Shown in pieces: positions 12,693-23,457 of a stretch of DNA of 64,000 nt. The DNA is from Octopus sinensis. Its lineage: Eukaryota. The stretch lies in NCBI RefSeq assembly GCF_006345805.1, contig NC_043014.1, positions 5,890,001 to 5,954,000 of the forward strand, read 5' to 3'. A program made the position numbers and the translations under genes. The notes under the pieces are model-generated. The model saw only the letters and a program-made list of their open reading frames with translations. It did no database searches and was not told the origin of the DNA. Numbering within the stretch: position 1 is the first letter of the stretch; each line of letters starts with the position of its first letter.

Positions 12693-15600
12693 TGATAGAT
12701 ATGTTTCTTTTTAGCCACACAGGGCTGCACACAGATAGAACAAATTACAAGGTAGAGCTTTCTTTTGAAGGTTTAAAAAAAAAAAAAAAAAAAAAGGAAG
12801 GGGGAGTTTCGATCAAAAGGGATCGTAAAAGGGAGAAGAGGACAAAAAAAGGGGGGTAAAAAAAAAAAAAAAAAAAAAAAGGGGGGAGAGGAAAAAAATT
12901 GATCAATAGGGATCGTTATCACAGAAATGTCAATATGAAGTGTAAAGGGGAGGACAGGTGAGGTTACCCGTGGAAAGAAAAGCCTACGGAAAAGACCACG
13001 GTAACCTCGGTCAATGAAGTCACATTTTATATTTCTTTTTTTTTTTTTTTTTTTTTTTTTGCAAATAAGCAACTCTCTGTTTTCGATTTCTGGGTTCATA
13101 GGACTATGCTCAAGGTGGCTTCGTCATTCATACGTGCCATTCTTGCTACATTCACCCATCTTTTTTTAAAACATTCGCTAGACAAAACTTGCCTCTCTAC
13201 TCTCACTTTCCTTTTCAAGTGGTACTTGAAGAAGTTGATGAGAGATTGACCAGAGAGGAAAGTGTTTGTCTCCAATCCTTTCAGACGCGTCCACCAGATA
13301 CATTCTTTCGCCATAGCCACAAGGATGATGAAAATAGCTCTTCCTCCCGTTTGAAGGAAGGAGGCGTGACAATATTGACGATAGACTCAGCTGATAAACC
13401 GACTCGTCCCACACGTGACAGCAGTTGTTCGACATAAGCCCACAGGTCGGAAATTGTTGGACACTGAACGAGTGCGTGCAGAACGGTTTCGTCGCTCTGA
13501 CCGCATCTCGGGCAGGTCGGCCCCGTGTTTCTCGAGCCGTGTCTGTAGAGCTTATCCCGAACGGGTAGCGCTTCTCGGTAGCACTGCCAGGCCAGGGATC
13601 TCTGGAAGTTGTCCATGGGCCCTGGCCCGAAAGTCGTCCCGAACAGGCGGGTCAGGTACTCCTCGTCGACGTCCAGGTTCGCCCCGAGCTCGTCGTCGTA
13701 CCTCCCCTCCACTAAACCCCTATAGAATGCTTTGGTTGTGTTGAAGTCACTTAAGGTCGACCCAGGACGGCAGAGTTGCTTGAGAGCAACGCGACACTCG
13801 CGGTGCCATTCGCCCTTCCTCGGCCTCTTTTTGATCCACGACTGCAGTTCGGTCATGGAGACGAGCTGCGGGAAAGCGTGCCTCACAAACGGCGACCACA
13901 CCTGTTCACCGTCGTCTACATAGAGCCAGAGATGTCGCAGTCTCAGCGCGTGTCTGCGCATCATCAACCACGGCATGCCCAGCCCTCCTTTTAACGGGTG
14001 TTGACAGCAAATGGATCGCCTGACCATCGGGACGCATCCTTTCCACAAGAAGCGAAAGAGGATGCGTTGTAGTTTGGTGATGGTAGGGTCGGGACAAGGT
14101 ACGACGGTCAGGCGGTAGTAGTAGATGACGGACGCGATGTACGTGTTCGCCACCTCCGCTCGACCTTTTAGGGACAGTTTCCTCTCGGCCCATTGCCGGG
14201 CGAGAGTGACCACCCTACTCGTTATCTCGTTCCAGTTCTTCTCCACTTGGAGGTCCGGACCAAACCAGACCCCGAGCAACTCAACCGGGCCGTCGGTCCA
14301 GCGTCCCACGACGGAGGCGCTGGTGGACGGCATGGGCTTGCTTCTCCAGGTGCCTAGTCGCAAGCCCACTGACTTTTCCCGGTTGATTTTCGCTCCTGTC
14401 ACCGCTTCGTAGTTTTTCAGTGTCTCGCCGACCAGCTCGATGTGCTCGTGGCTAGACACTATGACGGTGACGTCGTCCGCGTATGCAGACACGCTCGTCC
14501 CGCATCCCAATTCTCGCGGGATGCCCCTTAGAGTCGCCAGCTTCCGCAGTAGTGGCTCAAGAGTCAATACGTATAGAAGCGCCGAGAGGGGGCATCCCTG
14601 ACGGACCGAACGTGCAATGTCGAAAGGTCTCGATAGATGTCCATTTACGCGAATTACCGAACGGATGCCTCTGTACAAGGCAGCTATCCAGCCGCGGAAG
14701 ACGGGCCGAAACCAGCCGCTCTCAGGACTGCCCCAAGTATCGATGGTCTCCACCTATCAAAGGCTTTCGATTGATCCAAGTTGATCAGGGCCCCACCCAT
14801 GCCAGGTTCGTTAACTACCCTGTCTATGATGTAGCGCATCAGATGGAGGTTGTCATGGATGGTCCGGCCTGGCACGGCGCATGTTTGCGCCTTGTCGACC
14901 AGTTTCTCGATGACAAGCGCCAACCTCTTGGCTAGCACCTTGGCCAAAATTTTCAAGTCTGCATTAAGCAGAGTGATGGGCCTAAAGTTATCTATTACAT
15001 TTCCCTTGTTTAGATCTTTCTTCAGCAGTGTTACGGCTCCTCGGCTCACAAAACCAGGAATGCTCCCGTTTTGCTGCCAGTTGCAGTACACCGCCGCCAA
15101 GAGATCTCCAAACAAGTCTGGCATACAATTGTAAAGCTCGTAGGGTAGACCATCCAAACCCGGTGATTTGTCCCTCGAGCATCTGCCATCGCTTCCCGCA
15201 CTTCCGCCGCCGTGATGGCACCTTCGCAGCACCCTGCCTTTCTTGTCGAGAGTCGTGGTAGGCTATGTAGGTAGGCACTGAAGTCCAACCTACGTTCTTG
15301 CCCTCCACTCGTTCCGAACAGTCGGGCAAAATGCTGCTGAAAGGCCTCACACATTTTACTTGGCTCGAGCAATTCGCGCCCCTGTTCATCTACCAGTGAC
15401 CGAATGGTAGCTTTGTTGCCCTGTTGCGCCTCTGCCACCCGGGCCTCTCTCGCGGCTCCAACACCTTCGTTCCTTAGAGCACGCATCCTAGCTCTGACAG
15501 CACATCCTTCGTGTTTGGCGTTGAAGTGTTGGTCGAGGGCCAACCTCGCCGCAAAAACGTCGGATGCGATGCCGCTTCTAATTGCCTCTTCTAGCTTCTT

Positions 15601-18115
15601 AACTAGCTCACCCTCTACTCTATTTCTATCTATGGCTAGTGCTTTGCTGTACCTAATCGCTTCTGCTTTTACTGCTCTCTTGAGGGCAAACCACCATTTG
15701 TTGTTGATGATGGCTCCCGTCAAAGCCCTCTTTACTAGTGTGCTAATCCGGTCTCTGAAAACTTGTCTCGATGGGAAAGACGCGTTTAGTTTCCAGTATC
15801 CGGGACCCTGCCTAAGTGTCTAGCGTACATGTCACAAGTTTGTGATCCGTGTAGCTGACTATGTGGAATTGTGGACATCCTATGCTATCTCTATCTACTG
15901 TCCTACACAGTATCCTATCTAGATACGATCTCGACGACCCGATGCGGTTGCTCCATGTCCACGTTGGCGCATTCGGGTGGTCTAGTCGGAACCTGTCAGA
16001 CAGTTGAAAACGTCTGAGCAGGTCTCTGAGGCATTTGCATCCCCGTCTATTCCTATCTCTACCCACGTAGTCTACATGCGTGTCCAAGGTAGCATTCCAA
16101 TCCCCCACTAAGAGTAAAGGACGAGACGTTCCCAAGAAAACTTCTAGACGTTGAAAGAAATCCGCCCGACCTGTTAAGGGCGGTGCGTAAACTGATACGA
16201 GTCGAAAAGCGCACCCATTGCTGCCGTCGACATCCAGGACGACCAGTCTACCCTCCGGGTCTACGAATATTGTCCTTACATTGAGATCCAGACTCTTGTG
16301 AAAAAGTACCGCGGTGCCACTACCGCCCATTCTCGGCAGACAGGGGGAAAAATAAATGTTGAACTGTCCGCCAAACATGGTCTTTAGGGCCCGCGGATTG
16401 TGGAGTCTGGTCTCGCTTATGGCTATGATTTCTAACTTATGTGACTTTATGTCATTTAAGAGGTACCCTTGTTTCCAGGGGACCCCAAGCCACGCGCATT
16501 TACACAACCAATCTTGATCATAGTTCTAATGAATTAGAATACAGAGGGTTACTTACTGCTCGAAAGTTTTTGCTTTCTCCTCCGTTGGTTTGTCCTCGAG
16601 AAGATCCCAGTACAGTTTCTTTGTGAGATATTTTTGGCATTTACCAACCGCACTGGGGAAAATGCCTTTGAGTGTGTGGTGCAGACTTTTGGAGATGTGT
16701 AATATTTTGATGTGGTCTGGTGGTGTTGTGTATGGGTGATTGTTTGTTTTATGTCATCTTCTGTTATGTTTGTTTTTGATTGGATGTATTCCATCAAATT
16801 TGTGTTTTTGGTGTCTATGGCTGTGAGCATGTTTGCTGTATATGTTTTTGTGATGTTGGTGTGGCTGTTGTTTGCGTTGGGTTTTGAAATGTCTTCGGGA
16901 GATGTATTTCCCCCTGCTTTGTTCGTGTTTGCATTTGGTTTGGTTGTGTTTCTTCTCTTTATTTTCCTTCTTTTTGTAGCTATTTGCCATTCCTCACTGG
17001 TTTCGTCTTCCGACGAAATTTCTGAGGAATCAGAAGGGGGTAGGGGTATGTTGTGGGCTTCTATGTATGTCTGTGTAAGTGGTTGTGTTGTGTTTTCGTT
17101 GTTGTTGGTTGTTGAGTGTTTGTGTGTGTTGAGTGCGGTATAAGGGATGGGGGATCAGTTTGTGTGTGTTTTCTTTGTTTTTCTGTTCCTTTGGGTTTTG
17201 CTGTTGATGGTGGTGTTGGTATTTTTCAGGTGTCGAGTGGTTTTTGGTTGATGACGGATTAGCTTGGTGTGCTTCTCTTGTCGTTTTCTGTGTTGATGGT
17301 GGTGTGGGTAGTAGAGCTTTTTTTCCGGAGTGCTTTGGTTGTGGTAGTGGTTGTTGTTGTTGCTCTTGGTGTGCAGTGGTTGGGCACGTCTTTTTCAAGT
17401 GTGTTTCGCTTCCACACAAATAGCAGCGTGGTCGCCTGCCCTCTACCACTATATAGAGTTTGTAGCCTCCTGGCAGTTCTATAGCGGTGGGTATCTTCTC
17501 TCTTGCTGCTTCATCCAATTGAAGCAGGAATTCGATTGATTTGCCCACATAGTCTTTCTCTCCTAGAACCGCGATTTCCAGGATGTTTGTCTCTGACATT
17601 TCAAAGCAGAGATGGCAGAGACTAACCATTGTGTTTCGACATCAAATGGTATGTTTTTTTGGACTTTCGTGACCCTTTTGTTTAAATAGACTGGTATCAT
17701 TACCAAGTCGTCCGAATGTAGCTCCAATGTGGAAAAACGTTTTGCTAAACTTTCGTTGAGGAAACGTACTTGGACTGTACCAAATTTGTTTCCCCAACTG
17801 ATATATTCCTTGGAGTCCCATGCAGGACGAAGGCATTTATCGATTTTTTCCTGCGGTGCATTTTCTGTTCTTCTTGTTTTTTTGTTTATTACTTTATAAA
17901 TTATTGTTTTTTTTTTGTGTGTTTTCCACGATGTGTTGTGGAATATGAAGGTGCAATTTGTCTCCTTCTTTGGAGAAGAGTGCCTTTGTGCGGTTTATCT
18001 CTTGTGTGGTGAATGTTACAATTGTTCTTTTTTGTTTTGTTACGTCCGCAAAATTCGTTTTGAATTTGGCAGTAGAAGTGTTAATTGTGGCAGTGATAAT
18101 TGAAGTCATGGTAGT

Positions 18116-18162
<47 letters not shown>

Positions 18163-18163
18163 T

Positions 18164-18222
<59 letters not shown>

Positions 18223-18227
18223 TGATT

Positions 18228-18298
<71 letters not shown>

Positions 18299-18955
18299 TA
18301 CAGAAAACAAAAGACAAGGACAGGTGTACAAACCACAAGCAAGTCCATTCATTTCAACGCTCGGGTAGAATGGAAGAGTTTTTTGTATTTCGACCGCACG
18401 CTCTTCGACAGAAAAGTTTAAGAGTATAAAAAGGATTAAGAGGATCAAAAGGATTAAGAGGATAAAAAGGGAGAGAGAAGGAAAAGAACCGGAGAGAGAG
18501 TGAAAGGAATGTGTAGAGATGATGTGTGTTTGTTTGTGTGTGTATGAATATATATATATATACATAGATACATATACACATATATAAACATGTATATATA
18601 CACACATACACACACGCACACACACACACACACATATATATTTATATATAAAACCATACATATATATACGTGTGTCTATACATGTATGTATGGATCGATG
18701 GATCGATGGATGGATGGATTGATGAATGGATGGATGGATGGATGGTTGGATGGATATACGTATACAATTCTTGCATCTAAAATATAGAAATTTCAGGTGT
18801 CCTCTACTTACTGCGATTGATTTTTCTTCTATCTTTCTGGTCCTTGCATCGAAATGAAGAATCGTGATGGTCAACACGAGACACAGTCCAAAAGTTATGA
18901 AAGAAGAAACGGAAAACCGCTGCGAAATGATCCGCCCCACCTTAGCGATTTCCAT
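706..18955 (-). CDS. Paralog D of the short-chain collagen C4-like family, 5' part only (exons 18955-18812 and 757-706; later exons expected left of the window)
   Basis: Exons 1 and 2 align with those of copies A and B with the same splice phases. Intron 1 spans 758-18811. Confidence 0.8.
1045..1760. repeat. Composite inverted/direct repeat remnant
   Basis: About 1045-1150 is the reverse complement of about 1600-1710 (ccagtttgtaaatctaca...gggtagatatcccag). About 1263-1345 is a direct repeat of about 1673-1757. Confidence 0.7.
2086..2460. repeat. Compound microsatellite (TATG)n/(GGAT)n/(GT)n
   Basis: Direct reading. Confidence 0.95.
3830..4670. repeat. Degenerate GT/TA/GC-dinucleotide low-complexity tract
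   Basis: Direct reading; it produces the spurious V/C/Y and H/T ORFs. Confidence 0.9.
5328..5405 (+). ncRNA. Type-I hammerhead ribozyme motif
   Basis: GCGG-CUGAGGA-A-GGCC...GGCC-C-GAA-AC(AUAU)GU-A-CCGC. Stem I is GCGG/CCGC, stem III is the palindrome ACAUAUGU, and the cleavage triplet is GUA (after 5401). Confidence 0.75.
5510..5950. repeat. (TA)n/(TATG)n microsatellites
   Basis: Direct reading. Confidence 0.95.
6022..6150. repeat. Near-perfect palindrome centred on AAGCTT (6083-6088) carrying two opposed hammerhead motifs
   Basis: tatagaagagc...gtactgtttcattcaagagaatcttcagga|agct|tcctgaagatttctcttgaatgaaacagtac...gctcttctata. Confidence 0.9.
6084..6134 (+). ncRNA. Type-I hammerhead ribozyme motif (mirror copy on - strand at about 6037-6087)
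   Basis: AGCUUC-CUGAAGA-U(UUC ucuu GAA)U-GAA-ACAG(uacuaguc)CUGU-A-GAAGCU. Stem I is 6 bp, stem III is 4 bp, and cleavage follows GUA at 6128. Confidence 0.75.
6553..6644. repeat. (GATA)n tract abutting the 3' end of LINE 1
   Basis: Direct reading. Confidence 0.98.
6941..10378 (-). pseudogene. LINE 1 ORF2 (APE endonuclease + reverse transcriptase), broken by several frameshifts
   Basis: ORF pieces 9842-10378, 9310-9915, 9062-9379, 8743-9039, 8493-8795, 8149-8619, 8009-8203, 7011-7994 and 6941-7144 join into one collinear ORF2 starting [15 protein letters not shown]. Confidence 0.9.
10436..12207 (-). pseudogene. LINE 1 ORF1 (Thr/Asn-rich N-terminus, zinc knuckle, basic C-terminus), frameshifted
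   Basis: Pieces 11884-12207, 11094-11558, 10786-11097 and 10436-10657. NFAD..RQK..IVTFT is shared with LINE 2 ORF1. Confidence 0.75.
12532..12701. repeat. (GATA)n tract between the 5' end of LINE 1 and the 3' end of LINE 2
   Basis: Direct reading. Confidence 0.98.
13096..16521 (-). pseudogene. LINE 2 ORF2 (APE + RT + zinc finger), frameshifted
   Basis: Starts [12 protein letters not shown] at 16521. Pieces 15812-16507, 15046-15723, 14684-15232, 13281-14753 and 13096-13320. An ~11-nt deletion relative to copy 1 lies near 15815. Confidence 0.9.
16549..18109 (-). pseudogene. LINE 2 ORF1, frameshifted
   Basis: [34 protein letters not shown] at 18109; zinc knuckle in piece 17030-17629. Confidence 0.7.
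18116..18298. repeat. (GATA)n tract abutting the 5' end of LINE 2
   Basis: Direct reading. Confidence 0.98.
18812..18955 (-). CDS. Paralog D, coding exon 1 ([48 protein letters not shown])
   Basis: Exactly 48 codons, then GTAAGT. Aligns with the 48-codon exon 1 of copies A and B. Contains an ~18-aa hydrophobic segment. Confidence 0.85.
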
Positions 18956-19032
18956 TGCGGTTTTCGGTCGTCCGTGCAGCCTGTTACTTCGTTTTGGTTT
19001 AATGATAAATCTGAAGTTGATGTAAGCTGGAG

Positions 19033-19222
19033 TTTATAAGTGTGAGCTTCTCGCTTTGGGATCGTAACTGAAAATTGTTAACGTCTGATTCCGGCTTTTT
19101 GATATTTTTCACCCTCCACAACCCAACCCCGCCGAAAATCTAATCGTAAATTCAGGAACCAATCAGATTGACATTACAATAATTGTGGGTGTCACCTTTT
19201 AAATGACACCTTTTGTGATTGG
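19033..19222 (-). promoter_or_regulatory. Putative proximal promoter of paralog D (TATAAA, CCAAT, CACCC-like, inverted CCAAT)
   Basis: tttata at 19033, ccaat at 19159, tgtgggtgt at 19184 and attgg at 19218. The last three recur at near-identical spacing upstream of A and B exon 1. Confidence 0.45.
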
Positions 19223-20323
19223 ATGGAGATGATCCACGATTAACACAGAACAGTCAGCAGAATATTTTACTGACTTCAGCACAAATTTGTAAACTGAAAA
19301 CAAATGCCTATTTGTTGGAGAATTCTTATTTATTTATTTCTTAATGTTTACTTCTTTATTTTCCCGAAACTGCTGTAATATTCATGTAGGGGACTACATT
19401 GTCCGTTCAACATCTGTACAGACTGTAACTGCAAAGCTTTATTTAATGCAGTCTAGTGTTTTTATTGGTTAGTTCATAACAAACATGATGTTAAAGATTA
19501 TTCGAATATATTTACACTTAATCTTCTTAAAATATTTCTGCTGACGACAAATTTATGATTATCAAAATCTTCTATCTGTATGTGTTTGTATGCATGTGTG
19601 TGTGCGTTTGTGTGTGTGTATGTGTGTGCCTGCATGAGTGTGTTTGTGTTCGTGCGTGTGTGTGTGTGCGTGTATGTTTATGTGTGTGTGTGTGTGTGTG
19701 TTTAGTATCATATAATTCTAGAATCCGTTAGAAAGCAGGTATTCCAACATGTAGGACTCCGAGAACAGCCGGATGGGGGCCTCACTGTATATGAGTCGTC
19801 GTCGGTATTGACTTGTACCCGAATGACTAATCTGTAGCGAGCGACACTGACTGAAAGATGATTTTATTTCGAGTGGACCATATCCAGAGATTACAGCGCT
19901 CACGCACGTGGCCACCTCTCCTCAACAGTGGCACAATAGGGATTGGGGATGAACAAGATTTGGTTAGGGTGGATGTAGCGTGTTACCGGGTACATCAGAT
20001 ATAATCAAGGTCTGCACGCCAGACCCAGCGCTACAGTGGTTTTATATCGAGGATTTCTTTTCCTAGACTAGGATCCTAGCTGGGGACCTAACATGTGCTA
20101 CTACCCTGGGTCAGGTTACATCTGGGAACACCATTTGGTAAGAAGTGCTTCCACATCCCTCAAATCCCAGGAACTTTCGTACCATGTTTTCCCACTCCCG
20201 GATGCAGTTTATGTACATATATATAGGCGTGAGTGTGTGTGCATGTGTGTGTGTCAGTGTGTATGTCTGTGTGTGTGTCTGTGTGTGTGTCTGTGTGTGT
20301 CTGTGTGTCTGTGTGTATGTGTG

Positions 20324-20376
<53 letters not shown>

Positions 20377-20820
20377 TATGTATCAGGTCATCCGATAAGT
20401 TCTGTCCGATTTTACTGTTTTTAAAATTGAATGAAATTTAATAGTATTTCAGAATGTCTAATGGAATTAAAAAATATTTTTATGCATTTGTGTATTAACT
20501 AATTAAATATTATTTTACAGAATAATAGAATTAAAATTTCTTTGATTAAAACTCTTTCTAACATGGAAGTATCCAAAGAACATTTTAGGCACATAATGCT
20601 TTTTAAGTACAAAAAAATCTCTTCAGACGAAGCGACTCGAAACATACACTCGGTTTATGGGTAAGAATGCTTAATTAATTAAAATTTGCTCCATACCAAT
20701 GTGGTCATTTGTTAAATATCACCTGAAAATGGCAAATTGTTTGCTTCATATCATCGGAATAATCGAAGAATCCGTCAATAAATGACGCTATTGAAATATA
20801 TATATATATATAATATATAT

Positions 20821-20877
<57 letters not shown>

Positions 20878-21170
20878 TGAATAAATAAATAAATGAAGTT
20901 GAATGAACATGCTAACATAATTCTTTGTGTTGTCTTCGAAACATATGTCGAGAGTAAAGGAATTCATATATAGCACACAAATTTCTGCACATGAACCCGG
21001 AGTTTCTACCCTTGGATAGGTCGCTTCAACCGTGTTTCTAACGTGAATTTGCTACTCTGGTATCGGTTCACAGAATTTTCCATGTTGACGGTAAACATAG
21101 GATGATTCATTCACCTATCGAAATATATATATATATATTTATATATATGCACAAACATACATATATGTAT

Positions 21171-21575
21171 GTGGCTGTGTGGAAAGTAGCTTGTTTACCA
21201 ACCACATGGTTCTGGATTCAGTCCCACTGTGTGGCACCTTGGGCAAGTGTCTTCTACTATAGCCTCGGGCCGACCAATGCCTTGTGAGTGGATTTGGTAG
21301 ACGGAAACTGATAGAAGCCCGTCGTATATATGTATATATATGTGTGTGGTGTGTGTGTGTGTGTGTGTGTGTGTTTGTGTGTCTGTGTTTGTCCCCCTAC
21401 CATTGCTTGTCAACCGATGCTGGTGTGTTTATGTCCCCGTTACTTAGCGGTTCGGCAAAAGAGACCGATAGAATAAGTACTGGGCTTACAAAGAATAAGT
21501 CCCGGGTTCGAGTTGCTCAACTAAAGGCGGTGCTCCAGCATGGCCGCAGTCAAATGACTGAAACAAGTAAAAGAG

Positions 21576-21576
<1 letters not shown>
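21171..21576 (+). mobile_element. tRNA-derived SINE (octopus-type), slightly 5'-truncated
   Basis: Near-identical to 24455-24842: tRNA-like head, internal microsatellite, tail ...gactgaaacaagtaaaaga. Confidence 0.85.
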
Positions 21577-21611
<35 letters not shown>

Positions 21612-21639
21612 CTTTATTTAAAGCAGCAGAAAATTCAAC

Positions 21640-21687
21640 AAAATCTGTTACTCTGAGTTTCTCGTTGCCGTTCATCAGACAGTTTTT
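21640..21687 (-). ncRNA. Type-I hammerhead ribozyme motif in an interspersed repeat
   Basis: AAAAACUGU-CUGAUGA-A(CG gcaa CG)A-GAA-ACU(cag)AGU-A-ACAGAUUUU, with cleavage after GUA (21649). Same family as 34513-34670 and 53188-53345. Confidence 0.7.
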
Positions 21688-22569
21688 GCTAGAATGGAAC
21701 CGATATATCAATTCAATCTAGACTCTTACAAACGCTACACCTTTAAAAAAATGGAGTTGTTTGATTGGCCCTTTAGAAATAACGGTCAATCTTCGAGCGA
21801 TAAACAAAAAAAGCTCAAAAATATATGTATATATATATAAAAAATTATAAAAATTATAAAATTCGAGGAAAAAACCTTAAGATTCAACTGATGCTGTTAG
21901 TGTGAAAATCTCACCACGGAAAAATAGTTGCAATATATATATCCGAAAGAATATCTATATCAAGAGAAAAATATGCACAACAAGTGACTCAACTAATCTC
22001 AGCTCCGAGACTCAAATCTTGTTATAGAACTCATTATCGTGTACTACATGAACTGGTAAAATAACTTCATTTTAACTCAAAATGTTGAGACTTCTCTCAT
22101 GCTCTGTTGTATTTGCATACACCTTATTTCTGTACTTCTGTCGCACACACGAACACACAGACACAAATATTATAAGCATGGATTCATGACACAGCACTAC
22201 GCTAATAATAACAAATCACTTTGTACACTGAATAAAATCTATCTTCTCTTTATAAAAGTAGAACGGTTTTTGGAGTCCTTATTTCATATACTTTGGCATT
22301 GTTTATAAACATGTATTATGGCTTATATAATATTATATTATATTATGATATGTTATGTTGGTATGCGGCCGTGCGCTGACAAGAGGAGAAATATGTCACC
22401 GAAACACCTCACGTACGGTCGTATTCTAACAGATTTTTCAGAACAACCGTAAGTATTTTATGTGAATATGAAAATCGAACGCTAAAAATTCTCACCAATA
22501 TATATGTACACACACACACAACTGTTTCTGTGTGCATGTATAAGTAAAGATTTTAAAATCTTTTTCAAT

Positions 22570-22690
22570 GTTTCAGTCATTAAACTGCAGCCTTGACTAG
22601 TTTTTAGTGGAACTAATCCCCACTCAGAACTTATTTTCTTTTCACCCTGCTATTTGCCGTATCGGTTTACTTGTCCAGGCCCGTTAAGTT
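22570..22690 (-). mobile_element. Degenerate SINE 3' tail fragment
   Basis: Reverse complement resembles the ...gactgaaaca... tail of the SINEs at 21171 and 24455. Confidence 0.45.
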
Positions 22691-23030
22691 ATATAATGTA
22701 AACGAGGGAGACTATATATATGGTTTTTCCTGTGCTTGTGCGTATATAGACGTATGTATGAACTTTTACAGTACGCATGTGTGTGTGTATGAGTTTGTAT
22801 ATATATATGCGTATATATTTGGCGAAAAATGCGAGTGAAGATGTGTACGTTTTCATAGTGACGTATAAGTACGCACGTGGGTCCGCGAGCGCACATGTGA
22901 GCATATGACTAGCCATGTTTACGTGTTTTACTATGAAATTTTAATCTTATTTTATATAAGTAGCAGAATTATAACACAGTAATTTCCCTTTATATAACAG
23001 TATTTTTCCATAGCGTTTTTTCAGATGGCC

Positions 23031-23093
23031 AGATAACCGAAGAGATGGTGTTGTGGATTTCCGCTCCGGCATCTGAAACTCAGAGTTTTATCT
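23031..23093 (+). ncRNA. Type-I hammerhead ribozyme motif (U4C core variant)
   Basis: AGAUAA-CCGAAGA-GAUG...CAUC-U-GAA-ACU(cag)AGU-U-UUAUCU. Stem I is a perfect 6 bp, stem II is 4 bp, and cleavage follows GUU (23087). Confidence 0.65.
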
Positions 23094-23136
23094 TGACTAC
23101 TGAGTAATTGTAACATATTATTTTATATATATATAT

Positions 23137-23345
23137 GTAGTTAATCCAAACATGAACAAAGAGAAAACACTACAACGCGAGGAACAAGTAGTGTTATTGG
23201 ACGCTCAGGAAAAGAAAGGAAAGAAAGAAGGAGGATTTAACGTTTCAAGCGGAGCTCTCCGACAGAAAAATGGAAAAGGGAAAGGTCCAAGGAAGGGAAG
23301 ACGGAGAAAGAAAATCGCCAACGATACACACGCGGTCACATATAT
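23137..23345. repeat. ~200-bp interspersed repeat ('tagttaatccaaac' family); other copies at about 35377-35575, 54001-54170 and 55940-56145
   Basis: Four mutually alignable copies, each flanked by (TA)n/(GT)n. The minus strand carries a CCGACGA...GAAACGUU hammerhead-like core (degenerate in this copy). Confidence 0.85.
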
Positions 23346-23350
23346 GTATG

Positions 23351-23438
<88 letters not shown>

Positions 23439-23457
23439 TGTGTGTATGTGTGTGTGT

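Larger units (their letters stand above)
12702..18115 (-). mobile_element. Tx1-like non-LTR retrotransposon copy 2, a diverged subfamily with little or no 5' UTR
   Basis: ORF1 has [17 protein letters not shown]2 has APE, RT (QGCPLS, YADD) and [18 protein letters not shown]. The 3' motif GCCCTGTGTGGCTA is shared with copy 1. Confidence 0.93.

Noticed and set aside
7259-17539. Plus-strand ORFs inside the two LINEs
   Set aside because: Antisense shadows of GC-rich ORF1/ORF2 with no recognisable motifs.
6553-18298. CRISPR-like repeat-spacer array or LTR pair
   Set aside because: The repeats are simple tetranucleotide tracts and the 'spacers' are 5-6 kb non-LTR elements.
17894-18955. 353-aa ORF as a single gene
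   Set aside because: It is exon 1 of copy D reading past its GTAAGT donor through stop-poor microsatellites into LINE 2 ORF1. Only the first 48 codons are genic.
20620-20960. CAGACGA…CGAAAC (about 20624) and GAAACATATGTC (about 20938) as ribozymes
   Set aside because: Each has only half of the core or lacks stem I pairing.
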